From Verrucomicrobiia bacterium (lineage in GTDB: Bacteria; Acidobacteriota; Polarisedimenticolia; Gp22-AA2): a DNA stretch of 64,000 bases. Where the stretch lies: the NCBI GenBank assembly GCA_035638075.1, contig DASRAU010000039.1:7010-71009 (forward strand). Direction: 5' to 3'. Each line of letters starts with the position of its first letter. The first letter of the stretch is position 1. The notes beneath the pieces are model-generated. The model had not been told where the DNA came from and did not search any database. It saw only the letters and a list, made by a program, of their open reading frames with translations. The position numbers and the translations under genes are program-made. Below, piece after piece: positions 39,331 to 49,654 of this stretch.

Positions 39331-42300
39331 TCAGGCGCGCACGGGCGGACGCAGGCGGGCGAGCAGCTGTTCCATCGCCACGGGCTCGATCGGCTTCACG
39401 AGGTGCGAGTCGAACCCGGCGTCGCGCGAGCGGCGGCGATCCTCCTCCTGGCCCCAGCCGGTCAGCGCCACCAGCACGACCTCCCGCCCCCAGGGCCGCT
39501 CGCGCAGCCGCCGCGCTGTGTCGTAGCCGCTCAGGCGCGGCATGCCGATGTCGAGGACGACGAGGTCGGGCCGGAAGGTCTCGGCCAGGTCGAGCGCCTC
39601 CACCCCGTCGTGCGCGGTCTGTGTCACGTTCCCCATGAAGTTGAGCATGGCGGCGAGGCTGACGGCGGCGTCGTGGTTGTCGTCCACGATGAGGACCCGC
39701 CGCGGCTTGACCGCCTCGACCGACGCGCCTCCCTGGCCGCGCGCCGCGGGCATTTCCGGCAGGGCGGGCAGCCGCACCACGAACTCGCTGCCGCGGCGTC
39801 CGTCGCTGCGCGCCTCGACGCTGCCGCCGTGTGTCTCGACCAGCCCCTTCACGAGCGACAGGCCGATGCCGAGCCCGCCCTGCGCCCCCTCGAGCGTCCG
39901 ATCGACCTGCGTGAAGATGTCGAAGACCCTGGGGAGCATCTCCGGCGGGATGCCGATCCCGGTGTCGCGCACCCGGATGATCGCCTCGTCCCCCTGCCGG
40001 GCGACGACGAGCCCCACCTCGCCTCCCGGCTCGGTGTACTTGGCCGCGTTGTTCAAGAGGTTGCTGAACACCTGCGCCAGCCGGTTGACGTCGGCGACGA
40101 CGCCGATCGGCTCGTCCGGCAGCGTCACGGTGAACGTGTGTCCCCGCCGCTCGATCTCGGGGCGGCTCGTCTCCACCGCCAGGCGCACCGCCTCGCCGAG
40201 CGCGATCGGCTCGCGCCGCAGCTCGACCTTGCCGCGGTTGATGCGGCTCATGTCCATGAGATCGTCGATGAGCCGCACCATGAGGGTGAGCTGGCGCTCC
40301 ATCATGAGACGGGCCTCCTCGCGCGCCGCGGGGTCATGCTTCGCGAGCTTGAGGACGTGCAGGGCGCTGCGCAGAGGCGCCAAAGGGTTCCGCAGCTCGT
40401 GCGCCAGCACCGCCAGGAACTCGTTCTTGCGCCGGTCGGCCTCGGCGAGCGCCAGGCGGGCGAGGACGTGCCGCGAGATGTCGGTGAAGTAACAGACGAC
40501 GCCGTGCCGGCCTTCCGGCAGGGCGATGCGGTCGATGCGCCACTCGTAGTACTCGCGCACCTTCCGATCGAGCCGCTCCTCGACGCGCTCGGCCTCGAAA
40601 TAAGACTCCCCCGTGACCAGCGTGTGGCGGAAGCGCTCGACCACCTCGTCGGCGAACTCGCGCGGCCACAGCACCCGCATCACCTCGACGAAGTCGGCGC
40701 CGAGGAGGTCGCGGCCGAGCACGCCTTCGATGTCGCCGAAGGCCGGCCGCGCCTGGGGATTCACCTGCAGGATGCGCAGCCCGTCGTCGACGAGAAAGAC
40801 ACCGAGGGGGGCCGCGCTGAACAGGGCCTCGAAACGGTCGTGACTCTCCTGCAGCGCCTCGCCGGCCTCGCGGCGCATCCGCGCCATGGCCAGGTGCGCC
40901 GAGACCCGGGCCAGGAGCTCGCGGGCGCTGAACGGCTTGACGAGGTAGTCGTCGGCCCCCGCCTCCATGCCGGTGACCCGGCTCTCCTCGCCGGCGCGCG
41001 CCGACAGCATGATGACCGGGATGTCGCGCGTTTTTGCGTCGTCGCGCAGCCGCTTCAGCAGGCCGAACCCGTCGAGCCGCGGCATCATCACGTCGGTCAG
41101 GATGAGATCGGGCGCCGACCGGGCCACGGCGGCGCAGGCCGCTTCGCCGTCCGCCACCACTTCGAGGCGATAGCGCCCGTGGAGGAGCCGCGCCAGGTAT
41201 TGCCGCATGTCGGCGTTGTCATCGGCCACGAGGACCCGCGGCCGCCCCGTTCCGGCGTCGCCGAAAGGCCGGTCTTCCGATGCGGACACGGCCGCGGCGC
41301 CGGGCTCGTCGTAGACGTCGAGCGGCGAGACCCAGCGCAGCGCCTCCTCGATGTAGCTGTTCGCGCGCCCTGCGGCGGGCCGGGCGGCCCGCTCCTCGAC
41401 GCCGGCCTCGTCGACGATCTGATCGGCCGGCAGGTGGGCCGAGCCGGGAGGCACGACCACCGTGAAAGTCGTCCCCTTCCCGGGCTCGCTCGTGGCGGAG
41501 ATGGTCCCGCCGTGCAGACGCACCAGCTCCTGCACCAGGGCCAGCCCGATGCCGCTGCCTTCGTGCGTCCGGCCGCGGGCGTTCTGCACCCGGTGAAAAC
41601 GCTCGAACAGGCGCGGCATCTCGGACGCCGGGATGCCGGTGCCGGTGTCCCGCACCTCGAGCTGCACGTGCCCATCCTCGCGCTCGCGCAGGTCGACCGC
41701 GATCCCGCCGTCGAAGGTGAACTTGAAGGCGTTCGAGAGGAGGTTGAGAACGATCTTCTCCCACATCTCCCGATCGACGAAGGTGGGCGTCGAGGGCGGG
41801 GCGCACTCGACCCGAAGCGTGAGCCCCGCCCGTTCCACCGCGGCGCGGAACATGCTCGCGAGGTCCGCCGTGAACGGGCCGAGGTCGGTCGGCTGGTAGC
41901 GCGCCCGCACCCGGCCCGCCTCGATGCGCGAGAAATCCAGCAGCGTGTTCACCAGCCGCAGCAGCCGCTGGCCGTTGCGGTGCACGACCTCGAGCTCGTC
42001 GTCGTACGAGCCGCGATCGAGCAGGTCCTCGATCGGCCCGAGCATCAGGGTGAGCGGCGTGCGGAACTCGTGGCTGACGTTGGAGAAAAACGCCGTCTTG
42101 GCGCGGTCGAGCTCCGCCAGCGCCTCCGCGCGGCGTTTTTCCTCTTCGTAGGCGCGCGCATTGGCGATCGCGGTGGCGACCTGGGTGCGCACGAGGTCGA
42201 AGAAGTCGCGGTAGAAATCGTTCCACTGCAGGCGTGACGAGAGGCCCGCGACCATCAGCCCGGCCGGCTCCGAAGGCTTGCTCGAGGGGATCGGCACGAC

Positions 42301-43155
42301 GACCGCGCTGTGCGGCGCGTCGGTCCACGGCCCCTGCGGCACGCCCGGGAACCGCGCCCGCAGATCGTCCACCAGCTGGATGGCCCCGGACACCTTCGCG
42401 AGGCGAAAGGGCCAGCCGCCGTCCGCCGCCGCGTCGAGATCGACGAAGCGCGGCGCGAACGAGACGGTGATGGTCGGATCGCCCAGGCCGGACGAGCCGA
42501 CCAGCCGCGCCTGCCTCCCCTCGTCCTCGAGCAGGTAGAAGAGCGAGAAGGGCACGTCCCGGTCGTGCCTCCGGAGCGTCTCGGCCGCGAACAGGCACGC
42601 CTCCTCCGCCGTCTTCGCCTCGACCAGGCGGCTGCCGAGATCGCGCAGCGTCAGCCCGCGCCGCTCCCCGATCACCTTCTCGGTGATCTCGTGCACCGTG
42701 GCGAGAACGCCGCCGATGCCATTGGGGGCGGTCTCGTCCGGCACCGGGCTGTAGGCGATGGTGAAGTGCGACTCCTCGAGGAAGCCCTGCCGGTTGATCT
42801 CGAGGAAGATGTCCTCGTTCCACGTCGGCGGCCCGCCCAGGAACGGCGTGTCGATGAGCGGGCCGATGACGTGCCAGATCTCCTTCCAGCACTCGCTCGC
42901 GGGAACGCCCAGCACCCGCTCCGGGTGCTTGTTCCCCGGGATCGGTCGATAGGGATCGTTGTAGAACTGGATGTACCGGGGCCCCCACCAGAGGAGCTGG
43001 GGGAAGCGGTTGGCGAGCATGATGCGCAGCATCGTGCGCAAGGCCGGCGACCACGACTCCGCCGGCCCCAGCGGCGTCCGCGCCCAGTCGAAGGCGCGGA
43101 TGCGCTCGCCCATCTCGCCTCCCCCGACCAGGAATCCGAGAGCGTCTTCCTTCAT
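39331..43155 (-). CDS. Double hybrid histidine kinase: PAS–GAF–HisKA–HATPase–REC–PAS–HisKA–HATPase–REC (1274 aa, no TM)
   Basis: Two complete H-box/ATPase units (SHEFRTPLTLM and AHELRNPLAPLRSAL) and two receivers (DVMMPRLDG and DIGMPRLSG...TGWGQEEDRRRS). Confidence 0.9.
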   Translation of the reverse strand: MKEDALGFLVGGGEMGERIRAFDWARTPLGPAESWSPALRTMLRIMLANRFPQLLWWGPRYIQFYNDPYRPIPGNKHPERVLGVPASECWKEIWHVIGPLIDTPFLGGPPTWNEDIFLEINRQGFLEESHFTIAYSPVPDETAPNGIGGVLATVHEITEKVIGERRGLTLRDLGSRLVEAKTAEEACLFAAETLRRHDRDVPFSLFYLLEDEGRQARLVGSSGLGDPTITVSFAPRFVDLDAAADGGWPFRLAKVSGAIQLVDDLRARFPGVPQGPWTDAPHSAVVVPIPSSKPSEPAGLMVAGLSSRLQWNDFYRDFFDLVRTQVATAIANARAYEEEKRRAEALAELDRAKTAFFSNVSHEFRTPLTLMLGPIEDLLDRGSYDDELEVVHRNGQRLLRLVNTLLDFSRIEAGRVRARYQPTDLGPFTADLASMFRAAVERAGLTLRVECAPPSTPTFVDREMWEKIVLNLLSNAFKFTFDGGIAVDLREREDGHVQLEVRDTGTGIPASEMPRLFERFHRVQNARGRTHEGSGIGLALVQELVRLHGGTISATSEPGKGTTFTVVVPPGSAHLPADQIVDEAGVEERAARPAAGRANSYIEEALRWVSPLDVYDEPGAAAVSASEDRPFGDAGTGRPRVLVADDNADMRQYLARLLHGRYRLEVVADGEAACAAVARSAPDLILTDVMMPRLDGFGLLKRLRDDAKTRDIPVIMLSARAGEESRVTGMEAGADDYLVKPFSARELLARVSAHLAMARMRREAGEALQESHDRFEALFSAAPLGVFLVDDGLRILQVNPQARPAFGDIEGVLGRDLLGADFVEVMRVLWPREFADEVVERFRHTLVTGESYFEAERVEERLDRKVREYYEWRIDRIALPEGRHGVVCYFTDISRHVLARLALAEADRRKNEFLAVLAHELRNPLAPLRSALHVLKLAKHDPAAREEARLMMERQLTLMVRLIDDLMDMSRINRGKVELRREPIALGEAVRLAVETSRPEIERRGHTFTVTLPDEPIGVVADVNRLAQVFSNLLNNAAKYTEPGGEVGLVVARQGDEAIIRVRDTGIGIPPEMLPRVFDIFTQVDRTLEGAQGGLGIGLSLVKGLVETHGGSVEARSDGRRGSEFVVRLPALPEMPAARGQGGASVEAVKPRRVLIVDDNHDAAVSLAAMLNFMGNVTQTAHDGVEALDLAETFRPDLVVLDIGMPRLSGYDTARRLRERPWGREVVLVALTGWGQEEDRRRSRDAGFDSHLVKPIEPVAMEQLLARLRPPVRA

Positions 43156-43198
43156 GAAGGCTCCGCGCGGCGCGGCGCCGCGAAAACGAAGAGCGGTC

Positions 43199-46113
43199 CT
43201 AGCCGGTCTTGTTCCGGCCGTTGGCCGGGCTCAGAGTTCCCAGAAGCCGAAGCAGGTCGTTCGAATCCGCGGGCTTGACGAGGTGCGCGTCGAAACCGGC
43301 GTCGTGGGATCGCCGCCGGTCCTCGTCCTTGCCCCACCCGGTCACCGCGACCAGGAGCACGTCGCGCCCCCAGTCCTGCTGCCGGATGCGGCGCGCCGCA
43401 TCGTAGCCGTTCATCCGCGGCATGCCGATGTCGAGGAAGACGACCTCGGGCCGGAAGCGCTCGGCCGTCGCCAGCGCCTCGACCCCGTCGTGGGCCGTGA
43501 TCGCCTCGTGACCGGTGACGCGTAAGAGGGTCGCCAGGGAGTCGGCCGAATCGACGTTGTCGTCCACGACGAGGGCGCGCCGCGCCGCGTGTTTCGTCGC
43601 CGCCGTCTTCGGGAGCAGGCGAACCCCGGGCCGGGCGTGCCGCTCGAACTCGGAGAGCGGCTTCAGGACCGGCAGCCGCACCACGAACTCGCTGCCCCGG
43701 CCGGGCCCGTCGCTCGTGGCGAGAACGCTCCCGCCGTGCAGCTCGACGAGACGCCGCACCAGCGTCAGCCCGATGCCGAGGCCGCCCTGGGCCCGCTCGA
43801 TCGAGCGATCGACCTGGTTGAACATGTCGAAGATGTTCCCCAGCCGGTCGGACGGAATGCCGAGCCCGGTGTCGCGCACCCGCATGACCACTTCGGCCCC
43901 GTGGCGCTCGGCCGACAGCCAGACCTGCCCGCCGGCCTCGGTGTACTTGCAGGCATTGTTCATCAGGTTGTTGAGGACCTGGGCCAGGCGCACGGGATCC
44001 GCCTGCAGCCAGATGGGCTCCGGCGGCAGGGTGACGGTGATCTCGTGCCGGCGCTCCTCGGCGAGCGGCCGCGCCGTCTCGACCGCGTGGGCCACGACGG
44101 CCGAAAGCTCCACGGGCTCGCGCCGCAGCTGCAGCGTGCCGCGGGTGATGCGCGACACGTCGAGCAGATCGTCCACCAGACGGATGAGATGGTGCAGCTG
44201 GCGCTCGAGCACGCCGCGCAGGCGCTCCCCGCCGATCCCCGGCGTTCCTTCCGACAGCTTCATGACCATGAGCGAGTTGCGCATCGGCGCCAGGGGGTTG
44301 CGCAGCTCGTGCGCCAACATGGCGAGGAACTCGTCCTTGCGGCGGTCGGCATCGCGCAGCGCCTCTTCGTGGCGCCGGCGTTCGATGAGGTCGGCGGCCT
44401 GCCGCGCCAGGATGTCGAGATTGCGGAGATCCCGCTCCGGCGGGACATGGGGCCGGCTCCAGTGCGTCGAGATCATCCCCACCGTGTTGCCGGCGCGCGA
44501 GACGAGCGGGGTCGTCTGCACCGCCCTGATCCCGGTCTCGCGGTACACCAGGAGCTCCGGCGATCCGGCGAGGGAAGCGCAACGCTCGGTGTCGGGGACC
44601 AGAACCCGTCCCCCCGTCTTCAGTGCCCGCCCGCACGCCAGCGCGGAGTTGCAGCGCACCCGCTGCCAGCTCCGCTCCGCCAGCGCGCTGAACCCGCGGC
44701 ACGCGAGCAGCCGCAGCTCGGTGCCGCCGTCCCCTCCCGGCTCGACCGCCTGCATGCTGGCGAACTCCGAGCGCATGAGGGCGGCCGCGGCGTCGATCAC
44801 CCTGCGGTACAGGGTCTCCTCCCCGATCTCGCTCAGGAGCTCGGCCCCGAGGGTCTGCAGGAGCCGCGCGTCGGATTCGGCCTGGCGCAGGTCGGCGTCC
44901 GCCTGGTCCCGCTCGATGGCGATGGCGATGAGCTGGCGCGCCACGAACCCGATCTGCGGATTCCCCGGTTCGGGATTGCCGGGCTCGCGCCGGTACATGG
45001 CGAAGGTGGCGAGCGGCTCCCCGGTGGCGCCCCGCACCACCGTCGAGAGGACCGACCGCAGCCCGCTCGCGAGCGCCAGCTCGCGCCAGCGGCCCGAAAA
45101 GCGGGCATCGCTCCTGATGTCCGCGACCAGGACGTCCTTTTTTTCCTGCAGGGCCAGGCAGCAGGGCCCGGCCGCAGGCGGCTGGATCGGCGCCGCGTGC
45201 ATCGCGGCCATGTAGTCGAACGGCAGGCTCGGCCCCGCCCCCGCCCGCAGCGTGCCGGTGACGGAATCCACCAGGTGGATGGAGCACAGCAGCCCCGGCT
45301 CCTGCTCTTCGACCAGGCGCACCAGGTCGGCCAGCACCTCGGAAAGCGCCACGCGCCGGGCGATCTTCTCGAGGACGTGGCGCTGCCCTTCCATGAACGC
45401 CTCGGCCCGCTTGCGTTCGGTGATCTCCTGCACCGTGCCGCGCAGGCCGATCACCTTCCCCTGCGCGTCCTGGATCGCCTCGCCGCGCATCGCCACCGCG
45501 ATCCGCTCGCCTTTCCGCAATGCCTCGAGGTCGAGGTGGAAGCCGTGGCCGGTGCGCATCGCATCCTTCATGGCGGCGTCGATGCGGAGCCACGAGTCGT
45601 GCGGATAGAGGGTGTCGTCCTGGTCCGCGAGGCGCGGCAGAACAGCCCCGTCCGGCAACCCGAAGATGCGCCGCAGCTCGTCCGAGACGAAGGAACGCCC
45701 GGTGGCGGCACGCCACTCCCAAGACCCGAGGCGCGCCAGGCGCTGCGCCTCGCCGATGACCGCCCGCTCGCGAACCCGGGCCGCACGCAATCCCTCCCCG
45801 AAAGCGATGATGACGGCGCTCGACAGGAAAAAGGCGCCGAACCCGATCGGGTCACGGGTGCCGTGAATCCCGGCGGCCGCGCGGGCCGCGGGGAAGAGCA
45901 GGTCGCACAGCAGCCACCCCACCCCCATGGCCAGGAGGCCGGCGCGATAGCCGCAGAGCCAGGCGCCGAAGGCCACCGCCGCGAACAGGGTCACGAGGGG
46001 AAACTGGTCGCCGATCCAGGGCGTCAGGAGCCAGCGCACCCCGACGGCGACGGCGGTGGCGGCCAGCGTCCCGAGGTAGAGCCATTCCTTCGACGGCGAT
46101 CGATTCCACATGG
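43199..46113 (-). CDS. Hybrid sensor histidine kinase (TM–PAS–GAF–GAF–HisKA–HATPase_c–REC)
   Basis: Start at MWNRSPSKEWLY (TM region). H-box LAMLAHELRNPLAPMRN. Receiver DIGMPRMNG...TGWGKDEDRRRS. The 5' part of track ORF 43199..46705 is non-coding-like. Confidence 0.9.
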
Positions 46114-46322
46114 TTGATCGATGCAACGCAAGTCCGCTGGCCGAAACCGGTTCGAAGTCCAAAAAGCTATACACCGGGGGAATCCCCTTGGGAATAAGTG
46201 AAACAACGGATGCAGCCGTACGGACCTGGCTCCATCGCCGTGCTTGACTCTGGCGGCGAAGGCCCGGAAAATCAGCCCGAACAAGGGAAATTCGTCGTTC
46301 CCGGGACACTTTTCGCGACTCC

Positions 46323-47372
46323 GTGATGCCACCGATCTTCCATGCGCGCCGGCGAGGCCTTCTGTCCTCGCGCTGGATCGCCCTTCCGGCCCTGCTGCTC
46401 TCCATCGGGTCGGCGGAGGCCGGGCGGCGCTCCCTCGTGGCCCGGGACCTGGGAACGTTCGAAGGAGACGACACCCAGGGCACGGGGATCAACGACCGGG
46501 GACAGATCGTCGGTGTCGGCGGCTCGGGTGCGACCCAGAGCGCCTTCCTCATGGAGGCCGGGGGCACGGTGAGCCTGGGCCCCTTCGCCGCCATCGACAT
46601 CAACAACGCCGGCCAGATCCTGCTCCAGACGGTGGTCGGCAACCCGGACGATCCGTCCTCGTGCTTCCTGCGCCAGCCCGACGGCACCCTCGTCGAGCTG
46701 AACACTCCGGCCGGGTCGCAGTGCTACGGCACCGACTTGAACGACCGTGGCCAGGTGGTCGGAGCGGTGCAGCGCCTGGTCGGAACCCAGCGGGTGACCA
46801 GCGGCTTTCTCTGGGAGGCGGGGACCTACAGCGATCTCGGCACGCTCGGCGGCGATTTCGTCCAGGCGAACGCCGTCAACGAGCTGGGTCAGATCACCGG
46901 CACCGCGACGTTGTCCTCTTCGGGGTATCAGCACGCGTTCTTCTGGGACCGTGGCGTGATGACCGATCTCGGCTCACCGGGGGGTCTCTGGAGCCAGGGG
47001 CGTGCCATCAATGATCGCGGGCAGGTCGCCTTCTCCAGCGGCGCGCACGTGTACTTCTGGCAGGCCGGAGCTCTGACCGATCTCGGCACCCTGGGAGGTC
47101 CCGACGTGCCGGAGCAGGTGAGCGTGCCGCTCGGCCTGAACGATCGCGGCCAGCTGCTCGTCGCCGTCTATGACATCCCGGCGGCGCTGTACCGCTGGGG
47201 CATCTGGGCGTCCGGTCGCTTCACGCCGCTGCCCAGCCTCGGAAGCGGCCTTCCGACCGCCAACCGCATCAACGAGCAGGGACAGGCGATCGGGACCGAT
47301 CGCACCACCACGTCGTCGATCCGCCACATGGTCGTCTGGAGCGCGGAAGCGGTCCGCGGCCGCCGCCGCTAA
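46323..47372 (+). CDS. Secreted HAF-repeat protein
   Basis: Signal peptide. About 8 tandem units of the form FLWEAGTYSDLGTLGG...NDRGQVVG (HAF extracellular repeat). Confidence 0.8.
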   Translation: MMPPIFHARRRGLLSSRWIALPALLLSIGSAEAGRRSLVARDLGTFEGDDTQGTGINDRGQIVGVGGSGATQSAFLMEAGGTVSLGPFAAIDINNAGQILLQTVVGNPDDPSSCFLRQPDGTLVELNTPAGSQCYGTDLNDRGQVVGAVQRLVGTQRVTSGFLWEAGTYSDLGTLGGDFVQANAVNELGQITGTATLSSSGYQHAFFWDRGVMTDLGSPGGLWSQGRAINDRGQVAFSSGAHVYFWQAGALTDLGTLGGPDVPEQVSVPLGLNDRGQLLVAVYDIPAALYRWGIWASGRFTPLPSLGSGLPTANRINEQGQAIGTDRTTTSSIRHMVVWSAEAVRGRRR

Positions 47373-47397
47373 CCGGGCGCGGGCGCCGCGCGCTGTC

Positions 47398-48504
47398 TCA
47401 CTTCGCTTCGAGCATCTGCCCCAGGACGGGGTAGCCCCCTTCGATGTTCTCGAAGCGCGCCGGCAGCGGATCGCTCTTGAAGAGGACCGGCCCGTCCATC
47501 AGGTTGTAATGCAGGTGCGGCCCCTCCGAGTGCCCGGAGTTCCCGAGCAGTCCGAGCACCGCGCCCGCCTCCACCTGGTCCCCGGCCTTCACGCGCACCG
47601 ATCCCTTCTGCATGTGGGCGAGCAGGCTGAACTCCTCCTCGTCGTGCTCGATGACGACGACGTTGCCGGCGAGCGGCCAGGGCTGGTCGGGCAGCTTTTC
47701 GAGCGCCGCCATGTCGATGATCCCCGGGGCGGCGTTGTCCGGCACGTCGTTGCGGGCGTAGACGATCCTGCCGCGTGCCGGGGCGAGCACCTCGCGCCCC
47801 CACCCGGCGAAATCGGAGTTCTTCTCCCCCGCTGTCGCGAGCGCGTTGTAGTTCGGACCAAGCGCCAGGATGTCGCTCGCGAACATCTGGCTCCACTCGT
47901 GATGTCCCCCTTCGAGGACCGTCCCGTTCGCCACGATGAAGTTCCCTTTCAGCGGGAAGGTGAGCTTGACCCGCTGCGTCACGACCGCCACCGGGATCTC
48001 GAGCGTCTGGCGGATCGGTTTCTTCCCCGCCCCGCCGAGGTCGAGGTTGTACGTCACTCGATCGATCGCCAGCGCCGCCGGCTCGCAGACGTGGTGGCGC
48101 AGGTCGAACGACTCCTCGAGACCGGAGTACTTCGTGAGGCTGGACCCCTGCAGCGCCTTCAGCGCCTCGGAGGAAAGGGTCACGGTCTTGCGCTCCGCCG
48201 ATCCGGCATAGAAGCGCAGCGTCGCCGTCGTCGGCTCGAGCTTGCGATTCGCGAGGTCCCGGACGACCAGGTGGAAGTAGAAGCACTCCTGCTTCTCCTT
48301 CACGTCGACGCGATCGGGCTCCTTCCAGACATGCCGCGGGATGGTGAAGAGGCTGATTCCCTCGGCCGGATTGCCGCCCGCGGCCCGCGCCGTGCCCGAA
48401 TGCCCCCACGGATCGGGGAGCCCCACGGCCGTCGGCCCGACCGCCGCAGATCCGAGGACCGCCAGCGTGACAGCTGCCTGCACGACGACCGGCCAGGCCC
48501 TCAT
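47398..48504 (-). CDS. Secreted M23-family metallopeptidase
   Basis: Start at MRAWPVVVQ. C-terminal M23 signature GNSGHSEGPHLHYNL and HxxxD. Confidence 0.85.
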   Translation of the reverse strand: MRAWPVVVQAAVTLAVLGSAAVGPTAVGLPDPWGHSGTARAAGGNPAEGISLFTIPRHVWKEPDRVDVKEKQECFYFHLVVRDLANRKLEPTTATLRFYAGSAERKTVTLSSEALKALQGSSLTKYSGLEESFDLRHHVCEPAALAIDRVTYNLDLGGAGKKPIRQTLEIPVAVVTQRVKLTFPLKGNFIVANGTVLEGGHHEWSQMFASDILALGPNYNALATAGEKNSDFAGWGREVLAPARGRIVYARNDVPDNAAPGIIDMAALEKLPDQPWPLAGNVVVIEHDEEEFSLLAHMQKGSVRVKAGDQVEAGAVLGLLGNSGHSEGPHLHYNLMDGPVLFKSDPLPARFENIEGGYPVLGQMLEAK

Positions 48505-48869
48505 TTCGAGAGCTGTACGAAGGCCAGCTTGTTGCCGTCGGCGTCGCGGACGTACATCTCGCGGTTCCCCCAGGTCTGGTCGGTCGGCTTCAGGTCGATG
48601 GCCACTTTCTTTTCCACGAGCTCCACGTAGAGCGCATCGACGTCGTCCACGACGATGAAAGCGGTCGTCCAGGTCCCGCTGTCGCCGGGAAAAGACGACA
48701 GGTGCAGCCAGGCCCCCCCGCGCACCACCCCCATGTAGCACGGATCGACCTCGTCCCCCGGGCTGTACGCGAATTCCTTCCTGAACCCGATGCGGCCGCA
48801 GTAGAACTCCTCCGCGGCGGCGGCGCTGGACACGTGGAACACCGGGATGGCCATCGTGAAGCGGGTCAT
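48501..48869 (-). CDS. VOC (glyoxalase/bleomycin-resistance) family protein
   Basis: 122-aa two-module VOC: MTRFTMAIPVFHV ... GNREMYVRDADGNKLAFVQ. The ATG overlaps the upstream stop (ATGA). Confidence 0.75.
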   Translation of the reverse strand: MTRFTMAIPVFHVSSAAAAEEFYCGRIGFRKEFAYSPGDEVDPCYMGVVRGGAWLHLSSFPGDSGTWTTAFIVVDDVDALYVELVEKKVAIDLKPTDQTWGNREMYVRDADGNKLAFVQLSK

Positions 48870-49561
48870 CGCGATTCCTCCTGAGCCGGCGCTCCCGGGA
48901 TCGGCACGCCCGCGGGCAGCTTCGGCGGCCAGACGCGGTGGCCGAAGCCGATGCCGACGTGGAAGAGGTCCTGCGAGCGAGTGCCGATGCCGAAGTCGTG
49001 CTCGACGCCGGCGGTGAGCTGCACGTGCATGCCGAACCAGAGGATCCCCTCGACGCCGGGACCGACGAACCCGCCGAAGCCCTCGTGCGGCGACTCGGTG
49101 CGGTATTCGAAGCCATGGTTGATCAGGAGGCCGAGCCCGCCCCACTTCCTGAACCACGGGATGGCGGTGAGCTGGATGCCGATGCCGTAGACATCGAGAT
49201 CGCCTCCCTGCTGGAACGACAACCAGGTCTCCGCCTTGCCGATGATGTGCTTGACCTGTCCCTGCGGGCCGAACGAGAAGCGGAGTCCCTTGACGTTCGT
49301 CCCGTCGGTCTCCTCCGCGAACGTGGGCGTGAGGGAGAAGAACCCGCCGAACTGGTAGTCGTGCCACCAGTCGGCCGGCTTCTGACCGGCCTCGGGCTCG
49401 GGCACCGGGTCGACTGCCGGGGTCGGACTCGCCGGGATTTCGCCCGCTCCGACGAGCCCGAACGGGGCTGCCGCAAGCAGAAGCGCAACCGCTGAAAGGG
49501 ACGATTTCCGAGGTGACAGGCTGCGCCTGACGTGGCGCTCCTGATTTCCTGACATCCGCAT
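48866..49561 (-). CDS. Hypothetical secreted beta-rich protein (possibly outer-membrane beta-barrel-like)
   Basis: Signal peptide. Gly/aromatic-rich alternating pattern that ends with an aromatic-rich segment. Confidence 0.5.
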   Translation of the reverse strand: MRMSGNQERHVRRSLSPRKSSLSAVALLLAAAPFGLVGAGEIPASPTPAVDPVPEPEAGQKPADWWHDYQFGGFFSLTPTFAEETDGTNVKGLRFSFGPQGQVKHIIGKAETWLSFQQGGDLDVYGIGIQLTAIPWFRKWGGLGLLINHGFEYRTESPHEGFGGFVGPGVEGILWFGMHVQLTAGVEHDFGIGTRSQDLFHVGIGFGHRVWPPKLPAGVPIPGAPAQEESR

Positions 49562-49654
49562 CCAACCTCCCCTGACGGGCGAACGCCCTCGCTGGCACTA
49601 CCGTTGCGACACGTTCTGATCGCGATGCACCGTTTTCAACGAAAGGAGTGTGCC

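Noticed and set aside
43152-46117. Long alternative-frame ORFs (43152..45722 -, 43589..46117 +, 43515..45215 +) over the hybrid kinase gene
   Set aside because: Arg/Pro/Gly-rich translations with no domains. The kinase frame 43199..46113 has full HisKA/HATPase/REC motifs.
46140-46165. GGTTCGAAGTCC resembling a tRNA T-arm
   Set aside because: No matching acceptor, D or anticodon stems can be built around it. It lies in a promoter-like divergent intergenic region.
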